A DNA stretch of 64,000 nucleotides, taken from IMG/VR virus record IMGVR_UViG_2627854143_000002. The stretch is one strand, 5' to 3'. This DNA is from a virus (lineage: Duplodnaviria > Heunggongvirae > Uroviricota > Caudoviricetes). The stretch's first letter is position 1. Each line of letters opens with the position of its first letter. Of this stretch, positions 27,546-36,957 are shown piece by piece. The notes below the pieces were generated by a model that was not told the origin of the DNA, did no database searches, and worked only from the letters and a program-made list of their open reading frames with translations. Position numbers and translations under genes: made by a program.

Positions 27546-30500
27546 AGAAGGTCCATGCTGAAGGCGGGGTGAAGCGCATCTACGGCGCCAAGGGAGGTGG
27601 TGGTGGCGGTGGCAGCAGTGAATCGCCCGACAGCCTGCATTCGATTGCGCGCGCGAAGGTGCTCGACGTGATCTCGGCGGGGCCCATCGTGGGGCTGTTG
27701 AATGGCCTGCAGTCGGTCTATCTCGACGGCACGCCGATCCAGAACGCGGACGGCTCGCTAAATTTCCAGAACTACACCGTCGACGCGCGAACCGGCACGC
27801 AGGATCAGGACTACATCCCGGGTTTTCCGGCCGTCGAGCGTGAGGCCGGCGTCGGCGTGCCGCTGACGTCCGACGCGCCGTGGGTGCGCCAAATCCAGAA
27901 TACGCAACTGACTGCGGTGCGCGTGCGCTTCGGTGTGCCGGCGCTACAGCGTCAGGACACGTTGAACGGCAATATCACGGGCTATCGCGTCGACTATGCG
28001 ATCGACTTATCGGTCGACGGCGGGTCGTATGCGCAGGTGCTGGCCGGTGCGTTCGACGGCAAGACGACGTCGCTCTATGAGCGCTCGCATCGGATCGAGC
28101 TGCCGCGCGCAAAAAATGGTTGGTTGATCCGCGTGCGCCGCATCACGCCGAACGCGCACACGGCGACGATCGCCGACGCGATCAACATCGAGGCGATTAC
28201 CGAGATCATCGATCGGAAGCTCCGCTATCCGATGACGGCGCTTGTCGGTATGGCGTTCGACGCACGTTCGTTCTCGAGCGTGCCAGTGCGTTCGTATCAC
28301 GTGCGAGGGATGATCTTCCGAGTCCCGACAAACTACGACCCGGAGACGCGTACGTACTCGGGTACATGGGACGGTACGTTCAAGGCAGCATGGACGAACA
28401 ATCCGGCGTGGGTCTACTACGGCCTACTTCTCGACAAGCTCAACGGATTGGGCGACCGTGTCGATGCTTCGATGGTCGATAAGTGGGCGCTGTACGCAAT
28501 CGCGCGTTACTGCGACGAACTCGTGTCCGACGGGAAGGGCGGCAAGGAGCCGCGCTTCACCTGCAACTGCGTGCTTCAGACGCGCGCGGACGCATTTAAG
28601 GTGGTACAGGATCTCGCGAGCGTCTTTCGCGGCATTTCGTACTGGGGCGCCGGGTCGGTGGTCGCGTCGGCCGATATGCCATCCGATCCGGTCTACCTGT
28701 ACACGGCCGCGAATGTCGTCGGTGGTTCATTCAAGTACGTCGGCAGCGAACGCAAGACGCGTTACACAGTTGCGCTCGTCAGCTACAACGATCCGACGAA
28801 CCAGTACAAGCAAGCTGTCGAGCCCGTGCAGGACGACGACGGGATTGCGCGATATGGCGTCATCAAGACGGAGGTCACGGCGTTCGGCTGCACGTCGCAG
28901 GCGCAGGCACACCGGCTCGGGCGCTGGCTGCTGCTGACGTCGCGGTACGAGACCGGGACGGTGTCGTTTCAGGTCGGGCTCGATGGGACGCTTTGTGCGC
29001 CGGGACAGGTGATCGCCGTTGCCGACCCAAAGAAGGCCGGCCGCCGGATCGGCGGGCGCATCCGCGCAGCGGCTGGCGAAAGGATCACGCTCGACAAGGC
29101 GCCGACAATCGCCGCCGGCGATCGCTTCACGGCGATTCTGCCGTCGGGTATTGCCCAGGCGCGCGCAGTCAAGTCGGTCGACGGCGACACGGTCACGCTC
29201 GCCGAGCGCTTCGACGCCGATCCGGTGGCGGGCGCTGTGTGGATGATCGAAAGCCGCGAGCTCGCGGCGCAGCAGTATCGCGTTGTGAGCGTGCAGGAAA
29301 GCGACGACGACGGCCAGATCGTCTACACGATCAACGCGACGCAGTACGAGCCGGGGAAGTACGCGGCGATCGACGACGGCGCACAGATTCAGCAACGGCC
29401 GATCACGATCGTTCCGCCATCGGTGCAGCCGCCGCCGTCGAACGTCCGCCTCTCGACATACTCGGTGGTCGATCAGGGCATTTCGAAAACAACGATGGTG
29501 ATCGCGTGGGATGCAGCGAACCACGCGACAAGCTACGTCGTCGAATGGCGGAAGGATAACGGCGAGTGGGTGAAGGTGCCGTCGACAGGCGGCCTGCAGG
29601 TCGAGGTGCCGGGAATCTATCAGGGCAAGTACCTCGCGCGGGTGCGCGCCGAGAACGCGCTCGGCGTGACGTCGATTCCGGCGTACGGCGTCGATACGCA
29701 ACTGACCGGGAAAACCACTCCGCCGCCGTCGGTCGTGTCGCTGACTGCGGCGGGCATCGTGTACGGGATCGATCTGAAATGGGCGTTTCCGGGTGACGGT
29801 TCCGCTGGCGACACGCAGCGAACGGAGATCTGGTACAGCCGCACGCCGAATCGCGACGACGCGACCAAGTTCTCCGACTTCGCGTATCCGCAGGCGTCGA
29901 CGTCGTATCAGGGGCTCGCGGTCGGGCAGGTGTTTTATTTCTGGGCGCGCCTGGTCGACACGTCCGGCAACGTCGGGCCGTGGTTCCCGGCGAAGGGGCC
30001 GGGCGTGCAGGGTCAGCCGAGCACGGATCAAAGCGACTATGAGAAGTATTTCGCCGGCCAGATCGGGAAGTCGGCGCTTGGCACGGAGCTGCGCGCGCCG
30101 ATCGACCTGATCACCCCGCCGATGGCCGGCAACGCAACGATCTACGCGGGCGACGAAAGACTCAATGCTGGCGTGTGGTCACTGCAAGCGGCGATCGCCG
30201 AGGGCGATATGGCGGTCGCGAAGAAGGTCGAAACAGTCGCGGCCCAGCTGCACTCGGGCTCGAATCTGCTGAACGCCGCGGTGCAGAAGGAGACGATTGC
30301 GCGTGTCGAAGCTGATCGTGCGATGGCGCAGGACATCACGACGGTGCAGGCGCAGGTGGACGACAACGTGGCTGCGGTGCAAACCGTTGCGAAGTCCTAC
30401 GCCGACCTGAACGGACGTGTCGCGGCTTCGTATCAGATCAAGGTACAGACGACCGCCGACGGCCACAAATACATGGCGTCGATCGGTGTGGGCATCGACA

Positions 30501-30847
30501 ACGAAAACGGCGTCGTCGAATCGCAGGTGCTCGTGTCGGCGAAGCGGTTCGCCGTGATCGACGAGGACGGCTCCGGTGTGATCGGTGCGCCGTTCGTCGT
30601 GCAGGGCGGGCAGGTGTTCTTGCGTCAGGCGCTGATCGGTGCGGGCTGGATTACGAACGCGATGATCGGCAGCTACATCCAGTCCGACAACTACATCGCG
30701 GGGCGGCAGGGATGGCGGTTGGATAAGACCGGTTGGTTCGAAATCAACGCAGCGGACGGCAGCGGAAATCGGCTTGTGATGGATGGTAGCAGTGTCCGTG
30801 TCTACGACGGTAACGGCGTGCTGCGGGTGCGCATGGGGATGTGGTGA
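27542..30847 (+). CDS. host specificity protein J (central tail fibre/tip)
   Basis: N-terminus aligns with lambda J (SIARAKVLDVISAGPIVGLLNGLQSVYLDGTP); ~1100 aa; start codon uncertain (TTG 27542 or GTG 27569). Confidence 0.85.
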   Translation: MKKVHAEGGVKRIYGAKGGGGGGGSSESPDSLHSIARAKVLDVISAGPIVGLLNGLQSVYLDGTPIQNADGSLNFQNYTVDARTGTQDQDYIPGFPAVEREAGVGVPLTSDAPWVRQIQNTQLTAVRVRFGVPALQRQDTLNGNITGYRVDYAIDLSVDGGSYAQVLAGAFDGKTTSLYERSHRIELPRAKNGWLIRVRRITPNAHTATIADAINIEAITEIIDRKLRYPMTALVGMAFDARSFSSVPVRSYHVRGMIFRVPTNYDPETRTYSGTWDGTFKAAWTNNPAWVYYGLLLDKLNGLGDRVDASMVDKWALYAIARYCDELVSDGKGGKEPRFTCNCVLQTRADAFKVVQDLASVFRGISYWGAGSVVASADMPSDPVYLYTAANVVGGSFKYVGSERKTRYTVALVSYNDPTNQYKQAVEPVQDDDGIARYGVIKTEVTAFGCTSQAQAHRLGRWLLLTSRYETGTVSFQVGLDGTLCAPGQVIAVADPKKAGRRIGGRIRAAAGERITLDKAPTIAAGDRFTAILPSGIAQARAVKSVDGDTVTLAERFDADPVAGAVWMIESRELAAQQYRVVSVQESDDDGQIVYTINATQYEPGKYAAIDDGAQIQQRPITIVPPSVQPPPSNVRLSTYSVVDQGISKTTMVIAWDAANHATSYVVEWRKDNGEWVKVPSTGGLQVEVPGIYQGKYLARVRAENALGVTSIPAYGVDTQLTGKTTPPPSVVSLTAAGIVYGIDLKWAFPGDGSAGDTQRTEIWYSRTPNRDDATKFSDFAYPQASTSYQGLAVGQVFYFWARLVDTSGNVGPWFPAKGPGVQGQPSTDQSDYEKYFAGQIGKSALGTELRAPIDLITPPMAGNATIYAGDERLNAGVWSLQAAIAEGDMAVAKKVETVAAQLHSGSNLLNAAVQKETIARVEADRAMAQDITTVQAQVDDNVAAVQTVAKSYADLNGRVAASYQIKVQTTADGHKYMASIGVGIDNENGVVESQVLVSAKRFAVIDEDGSGVIGAPFVVQGGQVFLRQALIGAGWITNAMIGSYIQSDNYIAGRQGWRLDKTGWFEINAADGSGNRLVMDGSSVRVYDGNGVLRVRMGMW

Positions 30848-31155
30848 TGACGAGTGGACTTCAGATTTTCGACGGTGCAGGTCGTCCGATCCTCGACGCC
30901 AAGTCGCGAGCGGGACGGGTGGTTGGGATTGCTTGGGCTGGCGGGAGCGATGGGAGTGTCGCGGCGGATATGTCCGGTGGGGAGCCGTTTTGGGCCTTCA
31001 TGCCGCAACAGATTTTCTTTCGTGTATCGGGCGCCGAGCCGTCGCCGGTCGTCTCGATTAATGCAGGGGGAATCAGGTGGTCGTATAGCCCGAACTCGAG
31101 CGGATCGAACGCGTACACCCGAGTCCCCGGGTGGATCGTTTTTGGAGTGTATTGA
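30847..31155 (+). CDS. hypothetical tail-associated protein
   Basis: ATGA overlap with J stop. Confidence 0.4.
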   Translation: MTSGLQIFDGAGRPILDAKSRAGRVVGIAWAGGSDGSVAADMSGGEPFWAFMPQQIFFRVSGAEPSPVVSINAGGIRWSYSPNSSGSNAYTRVPGWIVFGVY

Positions 31156-31871
31156 TGCCGGCAGGATTTCAGGCATTCACTGATACCGGTGTGTATCAGA
31201 TCGACGGGCGAACGCCGAACTATCAGATGGTCCAGTCGATGGCGGCGGATTCTGCTGTCGGCTCGTTGCATTTGGCGATGAACGATGCTGGGAGGCCATT
31301 CACGATGAGTCTTCCACAAGTGACGTTCACTTTCTCGGCAATGGCTGGTCCGATGTACGCGGTACTCGCATCTGGTGGAGTGGGAATCACGCTGTGGAGT
31401 GTGCAGCGGAATGGGAGTTCGTATTCCGTGACGTTTGTCACCGAGCGGCCATGTAACGTCCGACTGTTCGTGTTCGACCAAGTGCCTGTCGCTGCGGGAA
31501 ACTTCGGGCTACAGGTCTTCGATGCAGGCGGGCGATTGGTCGCGGATTCGTCGAAGCCGTTTCTTCGGGTCCTCGATGTGATCTTCGAGGATTACATGAA
31601 CGGTGTTGGGTGGACTGTCGAGGGCGCACCTTCGCCGCCGTGGCATTCTCGGTCGTACGGCGTTCCAGTTCTGATTTCCGCCATCTACTCCGTTCATCGA
31701 GCGTGGAGCTATGACCCGGGCGTGGTTGAGCTCTCGTCGATTCGCGTTGATGGTGGGAATGTGTCTTGGGGAACTGCACTGTACAACGGTGGGAGAACGC
31801 CGAATATCGCGTGCTTTCGCGAGCAGTATCACTCGCGATTCATGGTGCTTGACGGGACGGGAATCGTTTAA
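31155..31871 (+). CDS. hypothetical tail-associated protein
   Basis: Follows the previous ORF; N-termini of the two ORFs are similar. Confidence 0.4.
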   Translation: MPAGFQAFTDTGVYQIDGRTPNYQMVQSMAADSAVGSLHLAMNDAGRPFTMSLPQVTFTFSAMAGPMYAVLASGGVGITLWSVQRNGSSYSVTFVTERPCNVRLFVFDQVPVAAGNFGLQVFDAGGRLVADSSKPFLRVLDVIFEDYMNGVGWTVEGAPSPPWHSRSYGVPVLISAIYSVHRAWSYDPGVVELSSIRVDGGNVSWGTALYNGGRTPNIACFREQYHSRFMVLDGTGIV

Positions 31872-31884
31872 TGGGTTGCCAAAT

Positions 31885-32127
31885 ATGGCGGCCCTTTTTC
31901 ATTGCGAGGGGCTGATGCGAGCGAGTCCGAGTGAAGTGGCGAGCTACGTTGGGAGTGTTACGGCTGTTGCGTCTTCACTGACGCTGACGGATATCGGCGT
32001 GATCGTCGGGATCATGACGGCGATCGCGACGTTTGGGCTCAACTTCTTTTTTATGTGGCGCAAGGATCGCCGAGAACAGCGCGAATCGGACATGCGTATT
32101 CTGGAGATGGAGAAGCACGATGGCTGA
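31885..32127 (+). CDS. holin
   Basis: 80 aa; TM segment TDIGVIVGIMTAIATFGLNFFF; charged C-terminus; overlaps the endolysin start. Confidence 0.55.
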   Translation: MAALFHCEGLMRASPSEVASYVGSVTAVASSLTLTDIGVIVGIMTAIATFGLNFFFMWRKDRREQRESDMRILEMEKHDG

Positions 32128-32617
32128 AATGCGGAGGAAGACTCTTGTGGGTGTTGTGGGGGCTGCTGCGGCAGCCCTTTTGCTTTCTGTGGTCCCGAAG
32201 TTCGAGGGGCTCGAGCTCATTGCGCGGCCGGACCCGATCGGAATCGTCACTGCTTGCTATGGCGATACGAAGGACGTGCACGCCGGCCAGCGCTTCACGC
32301 CGGCGGAATGCCGCGCGCGCCTCGAACAGCGGCTCATCGAGCATGCCGAACCGGTTCTGAGGTGCACGCCGGTCCTGAGGGGCCGCACGTACCAGCTCGC
32401 GGCCGCGGTGAGCTTCGCCTACAACATCGGCGCTGGCGCGTACTGCGGCAGCATCACGGCGAAGCGGTTCAACGCCGGCGACTGGAAGGGGGCGTGCCAG
32501 GCGATGAACGAGTCTGACAACGGTTGGCCGCAATGGGTGACGGCGCGGGGCCGGGTGTTGCCCGGTTTGGTGAAGCGGCGCGCGGAAGAGCGCGCGATCT
32601 GCGAGAGGGGGCTGTGA
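32120..32617 (+). CDS. SAR endolysin (GH24 lysozyme)
   Basis: N-terminal signal-anchor RRKTLVGVVGAAAAALLLS, then lysozyme core EG...TACYGDT. Confidence 0.75.
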   Translation: MAEMRRKTLVGVVGAAAAALLLSVVPKFEGLELIARPDPIGIVTACYGDTKDVHAGQRFTPAECRARLEQRLIEHAEPVLRCTPVLRGRTYQLAAAVSFAYNIGAGAYCGSITAKRFNAGDWKGACQAMNESDNGWPQWVTARGRVLPGLVKRRAEERAICERGL

Positions 32618-33159
32618 TGCTGAAAGCAGCTCCGTATCTGTTGGCCGCGTTGCTCGGCATGGCGGCCGGCGTTGGCGTCGATCACCTGATCGGTGCGCGT
32701 CGGCTCGCCGACGAGCGGGCCGCTCGGGCGCTCGACGCGCAGCGGCACGCCGAAGCGTTGGGCGCGATCTCGCATGCCGCGCTCGATGCCGAGCAGCGTG
32801 CGATGGCTGCGCACGATGCAGCCGCGTCGGCGGTGGCCGTCGTCGACCAACGAACCACGAAGGAGAGGATCGAGCATGAAGCAGAGAATCGCAGCCTGCG
32901 GGCTGCTCTTGCCGCTGGCACTGAGCGGCTGCGCGTCGCTGTCCGAAGCTGCACGGCAGCCGATCGCGACGGCTTGTCCGGCGCTTCCAGCGCCGCCGGC
33001 GTGGGCGATGGTGCCGCCGCCTATGCTGACGTCGCCCCAGCGGTTGCGGAACGCGTTTTCGCCGTCGCCGGCGACGATCAGCGCGAGATTGACAAACTGA
33101 CGGCCCTACAGGGGTACGTTTGCGCGATCCGGCCGCAGTCGCCTGAGTGTCAAAATTGA
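32617..33159 (+). CDS. i-spanin (Rz)
   Basis: N-terminal TM helix, coiled coil, C-terminal Cys. Confidence 0.6.
   Translation: MLKAAPYLLAALLGMAAGVGVDHLIGARRLADERAARALDAQRHAEALGAISHAALDAEQRAMAAHDAAASAVAVVDQRTTKERIEHEAENRSLRAALAAGTERLRVAVRSCTAADRDGLSGASSAAGVGDGAAAYADVAPAVAERVFAVAGDDQREIDKLTALQGYVCAIRPQSPECQN
32876..33100 (+). CDS. o-spanin (Rz1) embedded in +1 frame of Rz
   Basis: Lipoprotein signal MKQRIAACGLLLPLALSGC; Pro-rich. Confidence 0.6.
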   Translation: MKQRIAACGLLLPLALSGCASLSEAARQPIATACPALPAPPAWAMVPPPMLTSPQRLRNAFSPSPATISARLTN

Positions 33160-33202
33160 AATTTGAATGTAAACTCAGCGGCTCATGAAGTGAACAACAT
33201 CT

Positions 33203-34123
33203 ATGGACCTGAGATCAAAAATGAAAAGAATCTTCGCCTACATGGCGCTTCCGCTTTGCCTCTACGTTTCCGCATGTGGCGGTGGAGATGATGGTGGTGG
33301 CGGTTCGTCTGGCCCGGCGATTAAGCTCACCTATTCGGGCGCGCCGCTGGTATCGGGGCAACGAGCGCGGGCGATGGCCGCGGGCACCAACGTTTCGAGC
33401 AACCTATCGAGCCAGAGCAACTCGGCGGATGGCGAGGCCACCATTGCCGTACTTCAAGATGCCTTCAAGGCCCGCGGCGCGGATGTCGGGGTGTATCCCG
33501 GCATTGTCAATGGAACGACGTTGCATCAACTCGTGATGTCCGAGAACAACGGAATCGGCCCGGCAATCGACGAAGTTTATAACTCGAAAACGAACATCAG
33601 CGAATGGGTGCTCGTCAATTTCCAGTTCGACGACATGACGGGCTATATCGATTCGAGCGAGAAGTCGGAGATGGTGGATCGGTTCAAAAACGAACTGCTG
33701 ATCTACGTAGAACGGGAATATCTGAAGGGGCGGGTGGTGTTCGCGTCCCTACCGATCACGTCGTGCGCTCCTGACAAGGTAGTCAGTTCGGTCGACGCAG
33801 CCGGGCGCGCTGTTTTAACGACGTATCCGACTGCGTCGAAAGCGCTCTACGAAGCTATTAACGCGGCAGCGAACGGCAACGTCTTCCGGTTTCAGACGGT
33901 TGGCGGTACGCTGCAGTCGGATGCCGCACACATGGGCGCCGATTGCAGTACGCCGGATAAGGTTGCGCAAGACGCTCAGATCGCGAGCATCGTCGATCCG
34001 CTAGTTGAGCGCTACAAGATTGCGCTCGATACGATCAACAAGTGCAAGTACAACCGTGAGGCCATCCCGGAGGAGGGGCGGTCCGCGCAGTGCTGGGGTA
34101 TCGAGCCGGTTAAAAAGCAGTAA
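33203..34123 (+). CDS. lipoprotein (cargo/moron)
   Basis: Signal plus lipobox LYVSACGG. Confidence 0.5.
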   Translation: MDLRSKMKRIFAYMALPLCLYVSACGGGDDGGGGSSGPAIKLTYSGAPLVSGQRARAMAAGTNVSSNLSSQSNSADGEATIAVLQDAFKARGADVGVYPGIVNGTTLHQLVMSENNGIGPAIDEVYNSKTNISEWVLVNFQFDDMTGYIDSSEKSEMVDRFKNELLIYVEREYLKGRVVFASLPITSCAPDKVVSSVDAAGRAVLTTYPTASKALYEAINAAANGNVFRFQTVGGTLQSDAAHMGADCSTPDKVAQDAQIASIVDPLVERYKIALDTINKCKYNREAIPEEGRSAQCWGIEPVKKQ

Positions 34124-34135
34124 TTCTGTTGCCCC
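34040..34135. repeat. direct repeat copy 1 (3' end of lipoprotein gene plus hairpin)
   Basis: ~90% identical to 35407-35505. Confidence 0.6.
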
Positions 34136-34345
34136 GGTCGCTCGACCGGAGCGCTACGCTTCGGTCACCATCCTTGCGTGATACTTCGCTGTGGCGAGGG
34201 GACTTCAAACGCGTCGTGAATGTCGTTCCGTCCCACAACGAGCACCAAGCGAATCAGAGCCCTTTGTTAATCTAAAGATTCCCCCGTTCCCTGACTTACT
34301 GGAAATGGGACTGTAGGAGTCCAAGGTCCGGACTAGTAATGAGCA

Positions 34346-35029
34346 TCAGCGATCCTCCGATTTCATCGCTGCGAGAGCCCTCTCTGCGACGGAAGTGGGC
34401 TCTTGACTCCCAAGATCTTTGTAAAGCTTATGAATGGCATCGATAAAATTTTGAATCTTGCTTATATCACCTTTCATTTGACGTGAGACAATGTAGATCA
34501 TAGTGTCTACGGGAACTTTCTTGTGATCTATGATTGACTTGCAAAAAGTATAACAAAATGCTTGCTGTACGGTTTCGGAGATTCCTTTTTGGGCGAAGTA
34601 ATATTTCCAAACTGACACATCGACACGAATGAAGGCGTTGTACTCCATGGTTACGAAATAATGGTCCTGGATCTGTTCACCAGAGGTTGTGTCAGCGAAA
34701 AAGGTGCCCAAAGCTGTTTTGAGGATTGTTTTGAATCCATCTTTATAGTCTCCAGAAAAAAACTTATCAACAGAGTTAGAAATGCCGACTTCAATCTTTT
34801 CTGCGGATGAGCAGATATATCCATGCTCGAATTCCTGCACAGAGTTGGGGATGATAAATAGATCAGCGATTCCTCCCCCCTTCCCACGGAGCATCTCGGA
34901 AAGACGGTCTTCCGCAAGCTTTAGATTGGCCTTTGCTGCGCTCTTGAGCAGTTCAAGTCGCTCCCTCGTCTGCATTGCTTTTTCATCAGAGCCGCTGAGA
35001 TCTTTGATAAGTTTTTCAATGGTCGCCAT
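34346..35029 (-). CDS. hypothetical protein in a low-GC foreign cassette (candidate accessory/defence gene)
   Basis: 227 aa, coiled-coil N-terminus; AT-rich promoter region 35030-35230. Confidence 0.5.
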   Translation of the reverse strand: MATIEKLIKDLSGSDEKAMQTRERLELLKSAAKANLKLAEDRLSEMLRGKGGGIADLFIIPNSVQEFEHGYICSSAEKIEVGISNSVDKFFSGDYKDGFKTILKTALGTFFADTTSGEQIQDHYFVTMEYNAFIRVDVSVWKYYFAQKGISETVQQAFCYTFCKSIIDHKKVPVDTMIYIVSRQMKGDISKIQNFIDAIHKLYKDLGSQEPTSVAERALAAMKSEDR

Positions 35030-35406
35030 TTTTATGCTCCGTACCTAAAGTGAGGGATTGGATGCAGTAAATGTATCATCAATATAGACTGTAGAGGGCG
35101 AGTTTTTTAGGGGGGGGATTCGTAATTATTTTCATTTTAATTGCATTTTTGTTTATAATTTGTATTGGTCGATATTTCGGCGGGAGATTTTGTATGTGCG
35201 GAATGGGTGGAATGTATATAATTATTTGAATTTTGTGGGGTGCATGTTATATGAAAATTGTCGTTGCACGTCGGTATCGCCATCGCACCATCCTCGTGCG
35301 ATGGAATTCAACTCGCAGTAGGCGGCGATGTAGCCTTTGCGGTGATCCACGCGAGCCACGCAAATTCCCATTCTCCTCGGTCGACCGAATGACTCCGTCG
35401 TGTCAA

Positions 35407-35505
35407 AAGTGCAAGTACAACCACGAGGCCATCCCGGAAGAAGGGCGGTCCGCGCAATGCTGGGGTATCGAGCCTGTTAAGAAATAATGCTTGTTGCCCC
35501 GGTCG
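35407..35505. repeat. direct repeat copy 2 (pseudo 3' end of lipoprotein gene)
   Basis: Encodes ...CQKCKYNHEAIPEEGRSAQCWGIEPVKK matching the C-terminus of ORF 33203-34123. Confidence 0.6.
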
Positions 35506-35665
35506 CCCGGCCGGGGCTTTGCCTCCAAAATCGGGTGCATTGCTTTTATCCAACTCCGGTATTCGCGGAATTACGGATTTGGATTCCTGTCATGTCTGAC
35601 AGGGTGGTTCCGGCAATTTCCCCCGTGCTACATTCCATCGAAAATTTCCTTGTGGAGAGTTCGAC

Positions 35666-36226
35666 ATGGGGTTTGCGTTTATTTGCGAGGGGGACACGAC
35701 CACGCATGGGGGGCGTGTGGTCGGCTGTAACGTCGCTAACACGGTTCATGGAAGGGCAATCGCATTGCTTGGCGACATGGTGACGTGTCCGCGGTGTGGT
35801 GGGATTTACCCGATCGTCAGCGTAAAGCGCGAGTTAAACATGACGTTTGGTGACAGGCCGATTGCTACAGACGGAGACAAGACCGCGTGTGGGGCAACGC
35901 TTATCGCGTCGCAAGGCTTCGCCACGGTTGCCCCTACATCAGGGGCCGCTGGCGGCAATTCGATCGGCGGTGGGAAGAGCGTCGTCCCGCAGTCGATGTC
36001 ACGAGGGCCGGACAATCTATACCGTGGGCGCTTCCAGGTATTTGACGAGACGACTGGAAAACCGATCGCGAACCATCCCTACGTTCTGCAAACAGCGGAC
36101 GGCCGGACAATATCCGGCCAGACCGACGCCGACGGCTACACGCAGTGGCACGAGGCAAACACGGCTGGATCGTTGCAATTTTCAGCCGAGTCGACTCAGG
36201 GGCCGGGCGAAGGCGGTGTTTCATGA
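35666..36226 (+). CDS. PAAR domain protein with C-terminal extension
   Basis: ICEGDTTTHGGRVVGC...GDMVTCPRCGG...TDGDKTACGATLIAS matches the PAAR repeats. Confidence 0.7.
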   Translation: MGFAFICEGDTTTHGGRVVGCNVANTVHGRAIALLGDMVTCPRCGGIYPIVSVKRELNMTFGDRPIATDGDKTACGATLIASQGFATVAPTSGAAGGNSIGGGKSVVPQSMSRGPDNLYRGRFQVFDETTGKPIANHPYVLQTADGRTISGQTDADGYTQWHEANTAGSLQFSAESTQGPGEGGVS

Positions 36227-36957
36227 GTGGTCGTGCCTACGGAGCCAACTCCGGTCAAGGTGGCATGTCGCCGAAGGGCGAAACGACGCCCGTGCGTCTT
36301 CGGCCCGCTACGCCCGACCCGGTCGATAAAAAGGTCATTTGCAAGGCCGTTTGTGTATGCAGTCGAGAACCAGACACTGGTGCATCGGGCCAAAGCCTCA
36401 AGCAGCAGTGCGTTTCGCGCAACCTGCGCGACGTGGATCGGTCGATGGGGTGGAAGAGCCCGTACAAGTCGGAAGTCAACTACGACATGACGCAGATCCC
36501 TCCGTCGCCGATCATGCGCTCCGCGTCTCCCTTGGAGCCGCACCCTTACTTGCCAGGCTGGATTCAAAAATACTGGCCTGGCGGGAAAGATGCGTATCCC
36601 GCTGGCGCCGGTGCTGTTCGGCGCCCCGACGTGGTGATTGTCAAGGACGGATCTCTGCCGCCAACTCAGGACAACATCAAGAGCGTGGTGGAGATTAAAT
36701 TCCCGCCTCAAGAAAGGGATCGCGAGCAAGAGGACGACTACGCACGCATTGCCGGTTCGCCCGAAAAGGTTGCGACTATGGGCCCCGGCGACTGTGACTG
36801 CTCCGACGATGACGCCAATGAAAGTCCGCTCCGAGCGGTTTCTGAGGCGCTCTCCGAACTCGGGCGTTCCCTGCGTCAACTACTTAACCGCAGTCCTGCT
36901 TCCCCGCCTGGCATGGGTGGTTTGCCGTTGCCACCGCCCCCCATAGTCGTTCCATAA
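36223..36957 (+). CDS. putative PD-(D/E)xK nuclease toxin (polymorphic-toxin/T6SS-effector-like)
   Basis: ATGA overlap with PAAR stop; RRPDVVIV ... VVEIKFP motif pair; Pro/Gly-rich C-terminal tail. Confidence 0.45.
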   Translation: MSGRAYGANSGQGGMSPKGETTPVRLRPATPDPVDKKVICKAVCVCSREPDTGASGQSLKQQCVSRNLRDVDRSMGWKSPYKSEVNYDMTQIPPSPIMRSASPLEPHPYLPGWIQKYWPGGKDAYPAGAGAVRRPDVVIVKDGSLPPTQDNIKSVVEIKFPPQERDREQEDDYARIAGSPEKVATMGPGDCDCSDDDANESPLRAVSEALSELGRSLRQLLNRSPASPPGMGGLPLPPPPIVVP

